Assembly (NCBI GenBank): GCA_965235115.1
Contig: OZ249436.1
Span: 20,772,001 to 20,836,000, forward strand
Direction of reading: 5' to 3'
DNA length: 64,000 bases
Source: Laetmonice hystrix
Lineage: Eukaryota
The notes under the pieces are model-generated. The model saw only the letters and a program-made list of their open reading frames with translations, did not search any database and was not told the origin of the DNA. A program made the translations under genes and the position numbers. How positions within the stretch are numbered: position 1 is the first letter of the stretch; the number at the start of each line of letters is the position of its first letter. Shown piece after piece: positions 49,266-63,361 of the stretch.

Positions 49266-52200
49266 TAGTTGTCCAAATTCATATTTTTAGGTGTAACCTT
49301 ATCTTCTGTTTGCAAAATAACTACCTGCTTGGTAACGGTACAACAAAGAATAGCTTGTGCCAAACGTAACCAATGTGAAGATTACTGAAAATGATAGATT
49401 TAAGTTATAATAGACCGTATAGGCCTATATAGATCTAGGTACAAGTATGATTTCAATATTATGGAACCGGTAGTTTTCCTTATTCAAATTCAAATAATTG
49501 TGTAGATATCTGACCTTGCATAGCAGAGAACATCATACACTTGCCATTGTTGTAATTCCCTGGGCCATGCTTATGGAAACAATATTTCAATGGAAGCAAT
49601 CGTTCTGAAAACTAGATCTTAATGTCGGATTTCGCCGGTCATAGAAAGTGGTAATCTGCTGAGGTGAAAGTCAACGGGCTAGACCACTTCCCTCTTTCTG
49701 GATTAAATAGACTCAAAGACACATGATTCATAGATCTTTGGGAGACCCTCTCCTCATGTTGTCGGTCACGGTGCTGCTATCGTCTGAAGTAGGCATGCCG
49801 TCTAAGATGGCAGTCCACCAAATAGCCTAATAAAGTCACTTCAAAGCGTCCTCCCCAAAACTCCTCTTAAATGATGAACACCTCGTTTGCCATGGAAGAA
49901 AACGATCGTTCTGGGTGTGAGTCAGTTATCGCAATAACTGAGGTTATTAATGTGGCAGCATGTAGAACGACGGCGGCTAGGGTGAGGCGCGTGAACCGCA
50001 ACTGAGTGGGCCGCCAAAGAAAAATCGGATTAAGTCTCAACGGTAGGTCAGCGCAAAGAGCCATGGAGCGGCCGTGTCTTAAGTGATGGATGGCGATAGG
50101 CGTCGGCCTTTCTAACAGTCAAAGAGTACTGCACCAAGTGGTGTTTGTGTTTTCAATGAAGGAGATCGCAATAGGCTTATAATATCCCCACGGTGCCTGT
50201 CTGCCTGCAGTTAGAAGGCGTGGTGAGGACAAGCCAGAATATGACTACAGGACAGGTCATACATTATGTCCTCACCGAGGGGAGCGGACGGTAGACTTTA
50301 AAAACAATACAGATTGGTTAAAATGACCGGGGTAATGGTTAAATTGGAACAATCTAGATGGTAGGTATGTGTCCGACCGAGATCTTAGTTAAAGCAACCA
50401 ATCTATTTTTGCTAGTTTTTAAAACCAATCCATATTGGTTGCAATAGAAACCAATGTCCATTGGCTATTTCAACCAAGACCAATCCAAATTAAACAAAAT
50501 ACGCTGATCATTTTAACCAAATTGTTGGTTAGTGTCGTATACTTCGCTATTAATGGGAATAATAATAACATAATCTACTTAGTTTAGCACCAATTTTGGT
50601 ACGAATCTATGGACTGGTGAGTTCAAACGGGTCCATTAAAAATTTTGTATACAAGTTCAAACGTCTGCAGCCATAAGCCGGCTACTCCGCGTAAAAATGT
50701 CGACTATTTCTACCAAGGAGTTAATATAACGTTTTCTGGCATTCGATGATGGTATTTCCATGAGCAATGTTAACAAAGCACACTTCATAATTATTAGGTC
50801 CCTGTTTGACATCCACTCTATAGTCCCCAAAGACTGTATTCATACTATTGTCAATTTATGCCCACGGTCGCATTAGCCGGCTCTCACAGGTATATGACAC
50901 GTCAGGGTCTTGAAAAAGAAAGGGACAGGTGTGATGGTTATCCAATAACTAATCACAATGGTTATACCCAGTCAGAAATGTGAGCTCACAGTGAGGTCAC
51001 AGTGATCTCACATAAGGCCATGTGAGAGCATTGCACAGGAAAAGTTCGATCTGTTTACCGGTTTCTGCCTTCAAAGTTGTTTTCACTTCATCTTTTCCCC
51101 GCTTGATTTTGATCTCCGCCTCATAGAATGTATACACGTAGCGTGACTAAAAATAAAAATGTATGCTGATGTACATGTTTTTAATCTGCATTTTATAATT
51201 TGTCCACGATTTCATGCAGTAATTTACATGTATTGTACATACTCCGATAGCATCACATACCCGGCAAAGGAGCTAATATCATTCCACTCAGTGATAGTTG
51301 CTTAAGTCCGATATTTAAACATGCTTTGCCAGGTAAATTCTGCAGAAGATTACATGATTGCAAATAGCAAATTAGGTCATTAATATTTGAAGCAATATGT
51401 TTGCATACTTGCTACAAATACAACGTTCCAGGAGTGGAGGATGTTTCTTCTATAGGGCAGACGGACACTGAGGAGTTCCCCCGGGTAAAACCCGGGTGAG
51501 TGTCACAGTGATGAGCCGTATGTGAACATTATACCATATTAGTAATTTATACAAATCCTCAGTGTCAACCTACCCTTATAGGCTGTATGCCTTTGCCATT
51601 GTAGTTCAACGGCACCTCATCAGTCATGGTCGCAGGAAGAATGCGGCGAACCACCTCTCCAATATCGTTATTCCACAAAGAATTTTGAAAATATCTGCAC
51701 AAAAGCATGTTTAAATTTAATTCCATAGTTAACAGATTACCTACCTATAAAGCCAGGTTCATATTTCTGACGCCTAACTACGCCGACTGACCAACGCGCG
51801 CAGTCGCCTACCTCGGCGACTTTACTCACTGAGGTCGTCCGATAACCTCCCGGCGTCGAAGTATGAACACTCCAACGACATTCACACTTCTTGATGGTCC
51901 TCTCATTATCAGAAATCTGCTCCATCATATTCTATATTTTTAAGATATATATTTGCTCAAATCCACTCTTTTTCATTGATTTGAGCAATATTGGTACATT
52001 TGTAATTATGACCCAGCAAACAGCATGGACGTGTTGCACTTAATTGTGTCAACATGTGTAAAACTGGTGAACTCAACAACGTTGTGTGCTGGAGTTAAAT
52101 GCGTAAAAGGGACAGAGATTCAGAATTTGTCGGCATCTCTTCCTTATAAGTTCTGGCACCAAATTGACCATGACGTGGTGGGTCAGGTTGCAGTTGGCAG

Positions 52201-52845
52201 CCTCTATCTAACTAGAATTTCCATTCCCGAAATGAACCAGCCGGCTGGTTCTCACCAGAAATTTTGTCATTGGTAATGATTGACTAAAACTAAATATGGT
52301 ATATTTTCATGCAATTTGTAGCCTACCTTTTGAATTCCCTTTCCTGGCATACCAGGCGTGGATCCAGAGGGGTTGGGGGGTTGGGGGGTTCGACCCCCCC
52401 CCCCTTTGGGCACTTTTGCATGCGCGGATCCAAGGTCACAGGGAGTGCAGGGGAGCACGCTCTCCTTTTTTGAAGAAGTGACACAAATTATTGGTAGGTA
52501 AGGCCTAAATGCTTTGGGAAACTTTCGCATTCCGTCACAATTTCTATCTTCAGTTGCCAGTAAATCCTTTGCCTTCTAAATTCAAAAATAATATGGGGGA
52601 GGTGCCCAGATGTTCGCCTCGCGCGCTCGTCCCCCCTTTACAGTCCTGTATCCGCGCCTGTTCTGTAGGTATAGGCGCCCTTTAAAAAGACCCTGAACCT
52701 CACCCTTCAAGAAATCCTGGATTCGCGCATGCGCCTACGTACTTTGAAGATCAGTCTAACAGATAGACTGATAGATAATGTTTTCTTGGATGTTTTCTTA
52801 GTCAGTTTGTAACCTGCGTGATGATTGCTGTGCCTTTGCAACTGT

Positions 52846-53131
52846 CCCAGCGGGCACATCACGTGGAAACCACGTGGATAACTGGTGATGTGCGCCAGTT
52901 GGGGGAAATTTGGTTCCAGTATCACTTTGAAAAGACGTGGATTTCTGGTGGAAAAGGTGATGTCCATCATTTTTGCCAGCTCGGGGAAATTTGGTTTCAG
53001 TATCACGTTGAAAACACGTGGATATGTACACGTGGAAATGATTGGTGTATTTCTCGTTGAACACACGTGGATATCTACACGTGGAAATAATTGGTGTATT
53101 TTCTCGTGGAATACACGTGGATATCTGGGTC
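52846..53131. mobile_element. CCCAG...CTGGG-terminated MITE with repeated CACGTGG motifs
   Basis: Termini cccagcgggcac / atatctggg; many acacgtggat repeats. Confidence 0.5.
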
Positions 53132-53727
53132 CCATACAAAGTTATATTAAAATATGTAAATGTCTATGATAATATTTCCCCAAAGAAAAACTGGCTAACT
53201 CTGTACGACTGTTGACTTTGAGAAAGAGCCGTTGTGAGAAGCAGCAAGTTTAACAGTACTGGCAACTGGATCCATCGTAGCTAACTCGCCAGCTCTGTGT
53301 GTATACAGAGCTGACGCTAGGGTGGGCCAAAAATCTAATGAATTTGTTATATTGCAATCTCAAAAGCAAAAAATATATCAAGAAGTTAGGAACTTCTTAG
53401 CGTTGCGGTGGTGTAAATCTTTAAGGCGGTGGTGTAAATCTAGATGAATCTAGATGGTTTTCCGGACGATTACTTTTTTCTAGCGAAATACCCCCATTAC
53501 CTTACGGGTGCTTTCACTGTAAGCCCCGAGCGTTAGCGAAGGCGTTTATGGTAAATGTTCTGACTTTACAAATGGAGAAAAAATACGAGAAAAAGTAGAG
53601 GATTTTATTGAGAGAGAAAAATTATCAACCGAGGGGTGCTATCAATAAACCCCCGCGCATTACCGAGGGGGTTTATTGATAGCAACACGAGGAAAAACAG
53701 GATTCCAACCGTGCAAGATACAAGCTA

Positions 53728-53798
53728 CAAGCGTGGCTGAATGGGCAGAGACGCGGACCTGTGATCAGCAGGTCCACGGTTCGAGTCCCACCAGTGCC
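53728..53798 (+). pseudogene. tRNA-derived SINE head or tRNA pseudogene
   Basis: A box TGGCTGAATGG (53734) and B box GGTTCGAGTCC (53778) at tRNA spacing, but the acceptor and anticodon stems pair poorly. Confidence 0.55.
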
Positions 53799-56700
53799 CT
53801 GCGAAAAAGCCATCCGGGTCTCAGAGTCAGTGACCACTCAACCATGGCGGCCATATCATGGCTAAAAATAGCCGCATATGAGACCCCGCGCACAACACGA
53901 ACGAAGATTGCCGAATTGCCAAATGTCGGAAAGTCCCCTTGTTTTGGTGACCCGAGTAAACACCCTATTACACCACTCGTAAACAATGGATAACTTCGCG
54001 CAAAAAAATAGTTCCACTATCCTTTAATAGTTCCTTCCGTATTTGGGGTATATCTGAATTGTAAATAAATTTGTTGGACTCCTTAAACCTTCCTCTATTC
54101 AGATAGGGTAGCTAGGAATTCCCATAAGTAGTAATTAAGAAAGTTGGAGAAAGAGTTTGATATGTGAGGAATCAGCGCGTAAAAAGGCAGTGGTGGCAGA
54201 GATATAAGCTACGCGCAATGTCTCATGGGAGATTGCGTCCTCACTACGACAGTCGTCATCCTGTGGTAAAGTTCCGTATATATGTCACCAGTGGGTTATG
54301 ATGTTTTGTTCAGACACCAGATCCGTTGGCCAGAGAAGTAGACAGTCGACTCTGACTCTGTTTACCTTCAGCTTCTATGCCCTGTTTGTGAACATTTCTG
54401 ACATAAGCAACTGCAGTGACCAAGTGAGCTGAGCTTTCCACTGAAAGACCTCTGAGCTCCTTGGCCTCTCGGGTGTGTATTCTATTCATGCCTCAATGAG
54501 ACAAAGTTTGTCAGCCACTTGCTGCAGAAAGGGGGGTTCTCCACCGTAAAAAGTGTTGATGTCAATATGACAAATGAATTAAATGCCGTTCCCGTCCTTT
54601 AATTATTTATCCCCCCAAATTCGTAAACTGAGGTGGCCAAATGTAGATTCTACAATCTGGAGAAAAGGTACGTGAATTAGCATTTTTAACTTGATGATAA
54701 TAGCGGAAGTAGATCTGGCGTGTCTCTGCTTGGAGACTACAATTATAATATTGTCAACAAAACAGTGTTGGTGGGCGATCGAATAGGCCATAAAACACTC
54801 AATTTTATGGGCTAATCTGTTTGCTCCTCATCATTCTTGTCAATAACGTATAAAACATGAATATTCATTCTCCTTCTTGTGGTTAGATACCACGCCCCTC
54901 TTTCTCGTTGCTGCAATAAAGCTTCGTCTCAAGACTGGCGATCAGATCCTGACAAGTGGCAGAAAAACGAGTAGCAGTGCGAAGGCGGGAAGCTATGACA
55001 GCAAAGTTTTGCCCTCACCAAGTTCAGGACACTAACATCAACAACTCTGTGTTTCTTTGTCCCCCACGAACAAAACGGTCCGGGAGGGCTCATCCGGCCT
55101 GGCAATAGTGGTCCCCGGAAACACATTTTTATCGAAAGGCGATGTTAATAAGCGCGAGGAAGTCATTTGTGCAGATGTTGTACGACCCGGACGGGACTTT
55201 TGTACCGCGCAAATAATAGGCCTAGGCCTACTGACGTCAACAAGTCAACTCATGCCGTTTCTACATTCAGTGAGTGATAGGCAGGGCAACTATAGTTAAA
55301 ATACTTGACGCACAGTCCTTTCAAGAGAGTTCCTTTATCCCAACTACGTCTACTGATAGCCAAACCGGTAATAATAGGTGCAGTGAAAATGAAAATGGAC
55401 AAGATCGCTGGAGTTCAACATCTGATTACTGAAAACAGGCGCGGATCCAGCATTGCACGAAAGGGGTCGCCCTCAAGGGCCAAAGGCGCGAGAGGAACAA
55501 TCGCAAGTGGGGGTCTGCGGGTCCTCCCTCTGAGGATCTTTCAATTAAAAGTCCATACAAAATTTCTCGGCATATGGAAATAGAAATTGTGACGGAAATG
55601 AAAAGCTGGCCTAGCCTATACCAATAAGTTCAAAAAAGGGCCTCTTGGATCCACGCCTCTGAAATACTTTCCCTGACAAACAATCTTGACTATTTTGTTT
55701 GAGCTTGCATGACGTTTAGACGTCGATTGAGAGGGCGAAAGGGGACCCAGTCACTGAGCTCTGTCGCCTATATACTTGCCGCAGCGGACGGTTATTCCGG
55801 TCCCTTTCGGCGGGACCTGTTCAGGTATTGTCGCCTCCAATTGATTGTCAATCATTCGTCGTCAAACGCTGCATGGGTCCTATAGCCACTATAACAGACC
55901 TGTGCGTCGATTTATACAAATGGCCCTGAATAAGCGCTGAGTTCCTTGACAATGTCGCTGCATCATAGCATGATAGGACTATAGGGTTTATACCTTAACC
56001 CCCTAGGGTCAAGTACCTTCCTTTCAGACATCGCCTCTGAATGGTTGACAGATCCGTGTTGTTCATGTCGAGCTGACATGCATTCCCTTTTAAAATTGGG
56101 CCCCACGTTCTTTGCTATTTGCGATGGAGTGCATGAGACTGGTCGCATTTGAAGCCTAGCTTCGTCGGTGAAGTAGCCCTTCTCCACGCAGGGCCTCTTG
56201 GGGTGAGAAATTACCTCGGTTATTGTGAGATAGGGCCTGGTCAAATTTAAGGTGCAGCATCTCTTTGCAGAGAGCAGAAGATATGCCAACGCGTACACAC
56301 AATTATATTATACGTTGGCAGCTGGCGCCTTGATGGCGAACATCCCGGGGCAGCCATTCGGGGACCTCTAAAACAGTTTGTATAGTATTAGATACCCAAG
56401 ACAACAGGGCTGAAAGCAGATAATAGGCAATAGAATTCCCCCTCAAGAGGGCCAACCGATGTTTTGGCTGTACATTATTCACAGACAGACCGGGCCTAAT
56501 ATAAATACATGTTCTATTTGTTAAATTGAGTCGATAATGTCTTCTATTTATACTACACAGAAAGCTTTTGTCATACAAGGTGGTTCTTTTCAATTCGTCA
56601 ACATCTGAACATTGTTGTATGATTGTAGTCCACCGAGACAAAATCATGGGGCTGATGTAAAACTGCCATTTTTAATGCGAACCAGAGCAGCATAATTTAA

Positions 56701-57494
56701 TCCATGCAGTTGCAATTCTTTTTACACAATTAGGCCCACATAATATAACTAGCAGTCTAACTGTTACTGCATACATTTAACACTATTATATCTATACTAT
56801 ATCTATACGTGGTAGCAGTTCCATAACGTACACCCCATCCCCAACGTTTCAGTTATACAGAAAGTTTACTTTATGTTGGACCTACCCCAGTCGACAAAAC
56901 AAACAACCACAACACGCCTAGAATTCTGTTAACGAATGTGATTTGCTAGAAATGAGAGGATATCGAAGGAATCCACAAGATGTCTATCTAGTTCGGAGAG
57001 CACAACTTTGTATAGAACGCAATATTGTTTAATCATTGTGTGGAGCAGCGAGCCGCGGGTATATTCTGGCTGGAATGTGAACGTTAATGTCTGTCCCGCC
57101 GGGCCCCTTTGTATTGGAGAACATGCCGCGTGCCATCGTCACCAATTCCGACCTGACGAGATGTCCACCCCCTCCCCTCCTCCTGCGGGCCGGAACCACG
57201 ACAACCGAACATAACTACGTATTGTCGGGGCGGGCGAGATCTTTAATCGGCCGCCTCTATTCCTACCACACCATATACTGTCCTCTACTCTACACGGGTA
57301 TCCCGAGGACGGCAGGAATACAGGATGGTATCAAGACAGTTAGAACTGCTTTAATCGTACTTACGTTAGAAGGTAGAACAGAAATGGATGTAATCAGCTA
57401 TTCGCTAAAGGGACCCCATGAATACTTGGCAAAAAACAGTGCCACAGGTGTTGAAACTTCACACTCATAGCTAGCTGAGATGAAAGGCAAGGCA

Positions 57495-57596
57495 ACGAGA
57501 GAGCGAGATGAAAGGCAAGGCAAAAGAAAGACAGAGAGACAGAGGGGGAGAGAGACAGAGAGACAGAGAGAGACAGACAGAGAGACAGAGAGAGAA
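57495..57596. repeat. (GA/GACA)n microsatellite
   Basis: Imperfect gagagacaga runs. Confidence 0.8.
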
Positions 57597-58599
57597 CTAA
57601 CTACTTGATGAACTATAGCCAATAGCTACGTCGTCACAGGACAGAAAAATGACAAGGTCATTATGTAAAACCACCAATCCACCGCCCCCACCACCACCCC
57701 ACCACCACCACCACCACCGAGCAGCCTACCACAATATATAATCATTGATTAACCTTCGACAAGTTTTGCTTAAATTTCTTTGGAGCGCTTCTATTGACAT
57801 GAAACAAACACTGATAGACAGACGGTGTACGTCTTCTCTGTGTAGATTTAATCAATGCGACCTGATTCCTTGGTGTGTCCTCAAATTGATCTTCTTAGAG
57901 GTTCACGGCTCTATGGATAATGATATCCAGATGCTATCTGCAGCTGGCCTTCAGCTCGGATGAGTTAAGATAGGATAAGTCGTTATGGCGCCATGATTGC
58001 CGCAGACACACAGCCCGCACAGATAGCAACTCTTACGTTGCATTACTATGCCAATCAAGAGGTGTGATAGTATTTTCCCTGTCACGCAACGTCATGCGAT
58101 TTCCCCAGTGACTTGAAAAGCCGCACGCGTTGTCGTCCTGCTAACAAAATGGAGCTGTTAGTGTACAGCACAGCCTGTGAATGTAACTTTACAATTAGGC
58201 GTACACTATATACAGTTTTGCCCCGTTTCCCCCGTCTCTAAATTCCCCTCTCCGTATAATAAAGACAACCATATACTTAGCTCAATCTCTTACAATGTTT
58301 ACGGATTCTGTAATACCGTTATTTCATGTCGTATATACGCGCGGCGGTTTCTTCAGCATGACGTGTTGATCATGCAGGATTTCGCGCCGTGTTTTGACAA
58401 AGAAATGCCGCCGTTTTGTCCAATTGGACGGCGTAATTTAAGTTCACGAAATGTTTCGGTAAACCGGTAGCACGCCATCTGTTATTGACACTATGGTAAA
58501 CACAGTAAAAGGTCAATCTTGTTTGAAGATACATGGCCTGGTTTTGATAGGGCTGTTCTGTTATCGGTTTTTACCCCCGACCAATGTAATGTTTCGGAC

Positions 58600-59110
58600 T
58601 TAAAGGGAATCTATCCGAAAATAGAAATAAACGCAGTCAATTCAACAAAACAAAACAGTTATTTTAAGGGGGTTCTAGCAGTCTGGTACCATGGCGCGTC
58701 CATATCGACAATATTTTTAATTAATTAATTAAGCGTTTACCTATTTGGCTAGAGACGAGAACACGCGAATCAAATCATGCCCTTATTTGGAATATGGGGG
58801 GGGGGGGGCGGAGCAGTGCGAGGCAACGCATGCGCCAAATCCCGTTGTTATAGTAACGACCGCCATGACCGTTACCATGGTTAGAGCGGCAGTGTTCTAG
58901 GTTCTCAGTCCATTGAGATGAAAATATGGGGGTATCGCCTCATTATGGCTCATAATCAACAAGAGACCTAGCACAATAATATTATGGATACGACAGAATG
59001 TTTTATCAGTCCAGTGGAATAGATTCAAGATCAGGTAAGCTTGAAATACGCGGATTCGTAGGAGATGGGGGACAAAACTCGGCGGCCGTAGGGTGATCGA
59101 TTATCTTTAA
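58600..59110. mobile_element. ~500-bp TTAA-flanked MITE (Kolobok-like), second copy
   Basis: Colinear with 8446-8954; ttaaagggaatc...gattatctttaa. Confidence 0.75.
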
Positions 59111-61880
59111 ACAATTTCAGCCACTTCGGGAATAGGACAGGTAAGTGGGGGATTAAGGTAATAATTGTAGCCTACTCTCGATCCGGGGAGGGGCGGGGTA
59201 TATAGGTGATGAAGAAAATAGGCCCTAATGTGAATAAGAAAGCAACGGCCACAAAAAAGAATATTAGTCCGCTCACATTCGCGCCCATTTGCTGAAATGA
59301 ACGCTCACAGATCCTGCGCGGGAGCCTAGGTAAGCCGCAGAGGACCAGGCACAACTTGCCGAACTAGGCCTAGTTCTTTTGAGAAGCTATATGGAGGATT
59401 TCCCGGTGACAGTCTAGCCGAACCGGTGGTTAATTGAAAGACAAACACCCAGCGTAAGTTTAAATAATGAAATATCACTGCTTGATCTCTTCGATAGGCC
59501 TTGGCGTAGATCTAATTTATGTCACTGGTGTAGTAAGCTAATGAGTGAGGTGGCGCGCATGTTCCTATTTGGGCCGTGAGTGATATGTAATCTGTGAGAG
59601 TGCTTTCCCCGAACGAACGAAGATTGCCGAAAGGACGCGAGTGTGAGAATGTATTAGTCCGTGGAGAAGTCGGTCGGACTATAGGATTCCATGGGTATAT
59701 GCAGGGTCTATATAAGTTGCCCATTCCGTCGTATCAAAAAATACAAATAAGAAAATACATATGCCTTAGGGTTAAGGTTAAGATTAGGGTTAGGATTCCG
59801 AAGATATATCAATATATAATCTAATATTACAATACATCATCACAGACTTCAAGCCCTAGGAATTGGACCTAAGGGTGGGGTTACAGCCCCATATAACCCC
59901 ACTCCTTGGTTCGCTATATTCAGGACTTTAATAAAGTAAATATAAAGCCATACGTTAGTCGTATGTTAAAAGAATCACCCCAACAGTGCCGAATAAGGTT
60001 TCCAAATGGATTGGACGTCGACAATTAAATGACCCATGTGAAATGTCATTCGGGCGTTACCATCTTTGTAATAACAACTCCATCTACTCTCTACACAGAG
60101 ATCACCCCCTGCCTTGCATCTCCCACAACGTTCGGATCATTTAACAATGTATAACCCCTGCAACATAATTGTTATACATACAAAAAAGATCAAGGAAGAA
60201 AACAAAAAAAACTATTTTTTTGCTATGTCTGCTTCAGTAAAGTTCAACCTAGGAACAGACGAGTGCTCGCTCTGATTTGTTTATCAAGCAGACGACCCTT
60301 GGTAAAAAAATCAGATCTCTATACGCAAATGTATGATAAAAATTAGTCTACCCGTGCAGCAGTGCGAGAGATCCTAGCCATAGAATGACTCTCCTAGAAA
60401 ATGTACATGTACGATCAGAATGCAAAGGTGGCGCATGGAAACGGGCATGGAATGAACTCTTCTGGGCTATTATCCGTACACAGTGCCAGTGGCATAGACA
60501 CTAAATTGAATAGATGATGAAGGCACATTCTAATTTCCGTGACATAGTCTACATTATGCGAAGAAATATGATCGCTGTTGCCTGTCTTTAATTTGGCGTC
60601 TCTGTGTAGGCCTATATCGCTTCATGTCTTCATATCTGATGCCTGAGCTACGATTTGGTTCAATGTGAATAGCGTAGATAGGCCTATGTCATATCACAAT
60701 GCGTGAATCGACGAGAAATGCGGGTTGGAGGCCGAAAGTGACGACAGCCAAATTCCGGTTCCGGGCATTTAGATAACTGATAACTCCACAATTACTGTTC
60801 TCTTTGTTTTCAAACTTACTATACATCAGAACCAGCATCTCTTATGTTAGAAACAAATGCATTTCATACTTAAAGGAGAAGACCAGTCAAAAATCACATT
60901 TGGACAGCTGCAAGGCCTCTATATATACTCAGCTTTCAGAGTAGTGGTTGGAAATAAATGTCCCCCTATTCCAAGAAGTCATATATTGAACATGACAACC
61001 GTGTCAAAATCACTGGCTTCAGCAGCGCAGCCATTTGTTGCTATTGGGCTGACCGGAAGTGACGTTCCAGGGCTAATCTTTTGCATGCCAGGGCTAGGCT
61101 ATACTTTATAATACCAGGCTAAAGGCAGCCGAGGCGGGTGGCAAATCGACGGGGGTCAGTCCCACAGACACAGTCACAGTCACAACTAAACGCAGCAGGT
61201 CTGTGCTGACACTGCCATTGCTCGCGGTCGTAGTCAGAGTGGCGCCGGGCCTCAGGGGCCAGAGCTGCCGTCAACATCCCACGCATGCACAAATCCAAGT
61301 GGGACGAATGCAGGCGGCCGAAACCCACGGCTGCCCAGATCCGTGTCCACCCTGATATGTTCCCTGACATCGGTAGGCTTTTCCTAGCCATTCCTCATCA
61401 CTATCGATGGTTTTCGTCTATGTTCTAACAAATTTTGCTTATAAGCTGTCAACGTTCGCTGTCTTCCAAATCGATCAACGCAACAGGTGCGTCAGCTTTC
61501 AGTTCCTCCCAAACTGGAGAGCAGTCGTGCTGCGCGTGCTCGCCTAGGGCGAGCATGCGCACTTTGAGATTAGCCCAAGGAATGGCGGCCTTCACAAGCT
61601 GAGCAGGTTGTAAGAAGCCTCCGGCTCTAAAGTGCCTATATCTTAACCATCTGAGCACCAATTGTGTTCAAATATATTTTAACTTGCTTAGAATATCACG
61701 GCATGTGTGCCAGGCCTATACAGACTGGCGATGGTCTTTTCTTTTAAGAAATATTTAATTTTCAAAAGAAAAGCCCTATGTTAAACCAATGAGGAATTGT
61801 GACGTAACCGAAGCTGCATGTCGCCAGCGGTGCCTCATTAACATAACTTTATGTTAACCAGGTCACGAGACTAAATCTAT

Positions 61881-62146
61881 AGGCCCAGCTCCACTAGGAG
61901 AGCAGGCGATTTGTTGGAGACTAGCATGAGACTGCCACAGCACTGTGGTAGTCGCGTGCCAGTTTCCTAGTGGAACATACCCATCAAAAATTCAGTCGCG
62001 CGATTTTAGTCTCGCGACTGGCAGGAGACTGTATCAGACATGTTTGATCGAGTCGCGAGCAGCCGGAGACTGTGGGGAGATTTTTTTTGCGGGACTAGAG
62101 CGCGACTAGCTCGAGACTCGCAAGGTCTCCTAGTGGAACTGGGCCT
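61881..62146. mobile_element. Harbinger-like MITE
   Basis: aggcccagctccactaggag ... ctcctagtggaactgggcct inverted termini. Confidence 0.7.
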
Positions 62147-62588
62147 TTACGCTCCCTATAATAAGACAAAGCAGGAATAATGTGTACACCCCCACAGCGG
62201 TCTAAGAGGTCTCGAATGTCCTGAAAAAGTCGTCATGATATTATAAAAACAAACAAAACATGAAGATCTTTAAATGACTACAGGGTGGCCTGAGAAAGTT
62301 AAATAAGAAACTCTAAACGATTTCCTTGGCGACATATTTGATGTTTGAGAAGGGGTAAGGAGTGTTTCACTTATGATGATAGTGATGATGATGATGTATA
62401 GGATGATCGCGATGATGATATGATACAGATCGAAGCTCGCACACCGGCCTACTCCTTTGGTAAGTGGGTTAATTTTACGTGCACCGCATATTATAAACAC
62501 GCTTTGGTAATCTAGTCCTGCGCAAAGAGAGGCGGTGCTGGCCGGGGGGGGGGGGGGTGAACCCACAACGACCTAGTTGAGTGCCGAA

Positions 62589-63361
62589 AGGTACGTTCAC
62601 TACGGCGTGACGCGGTGCGGTGAGGTGCGGCAAAAACTAACCACGCGGTTCTTCAAAATTTGTACTGTTCACACATAGCGCGGCACGGCGCGGCGCGGCG
62701 CGGTGCGATGGGTAGAAATTTCAGAAAATGACGTACTGAATGACACTAGTCGTACTCAGGTGTCCTTCAGACCTCAAGATAATGGACGTCTTGCTGCATG
62801 ACAGCCACCTTGACGAAGAAGAGGAAGAAGAATATCTCTTGTGCATGATAGCTAGCTATCGTGGGTTGAAAAGACCCAGAAGATGGTGGGTACATTCCAC
62901 TAACCAAAGACGGAAAATGTATGGGGCATTCAATTCACTTACAAGTGCCTGAGTTAAAGATGCATGTTGATCGCTACAGGCAATATCTACGCCTCGATGC
63001 TGAACAGTTTGCCGATGTACTGGATTATGCTGTTCCTGTTATAACCAAAAAAGATACATCATGAAGAAATGCCATCAGCGCAAAGGAGCGACTCAAAGTA
63101 AATGACGTCACAAGGGGGGGGGGGTATTCCTTCCGGAAGCCTCACGCGGCAAGCGAATCAACGCGGAAAAATACTGCAGGAGAGTTCGTGGGCGGTGAGA
63201 ATCGCTCGCCGCGTCATACCGCGTCCTGCCGCACCGCACCGCACCGCACCGCACCGCACCGCACCGCACCGCAAGTCTGAACACGTTCATTACTTAACAT
63301 TGGGGGCGTTTAGGGGCGGTTAAAACCGCGCCGCGCCGCGCCGCAAGTCTGAACAGGCCTT
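62589..63361 (+). mobile_element. Internally deleted PIF/Harbinger transposon with a broken transposase N-terminus
   Basis: RRWWVHSTNQRRKMYGAFNSL ... DRYRQYLRLDAEQFADVLDYAVPVITKKDTS*RNAISAKERLKV (Harbinger transposase N-terminal pattern) with stops and a frameshift; gcggt/accgc subterminal repeats in inverted orientation at the two ends. Confidence 0.75.

Noticed and set aside
53728..53798. Functional tRNA gene
   Set aside because: Acceptor and anticodon stems do not pair properly; treated as a SINE head or pseudogene.
55960..56650. Minus-strand ORFs of 111 and 114 aa
   Set aside because: No splice or domain support; at most a highly decayed LINE fragment.
59765..59800. Telomere-like ttaggg repeats
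   Set aside because: Only a few degenerate units, typical of an interspersed repeat rather than a telomeric array.
61119..61661. GC-richer minus-strand ORFs
   Set aside because: No recognisable motif or consistent exon structure; cannot support a gene.
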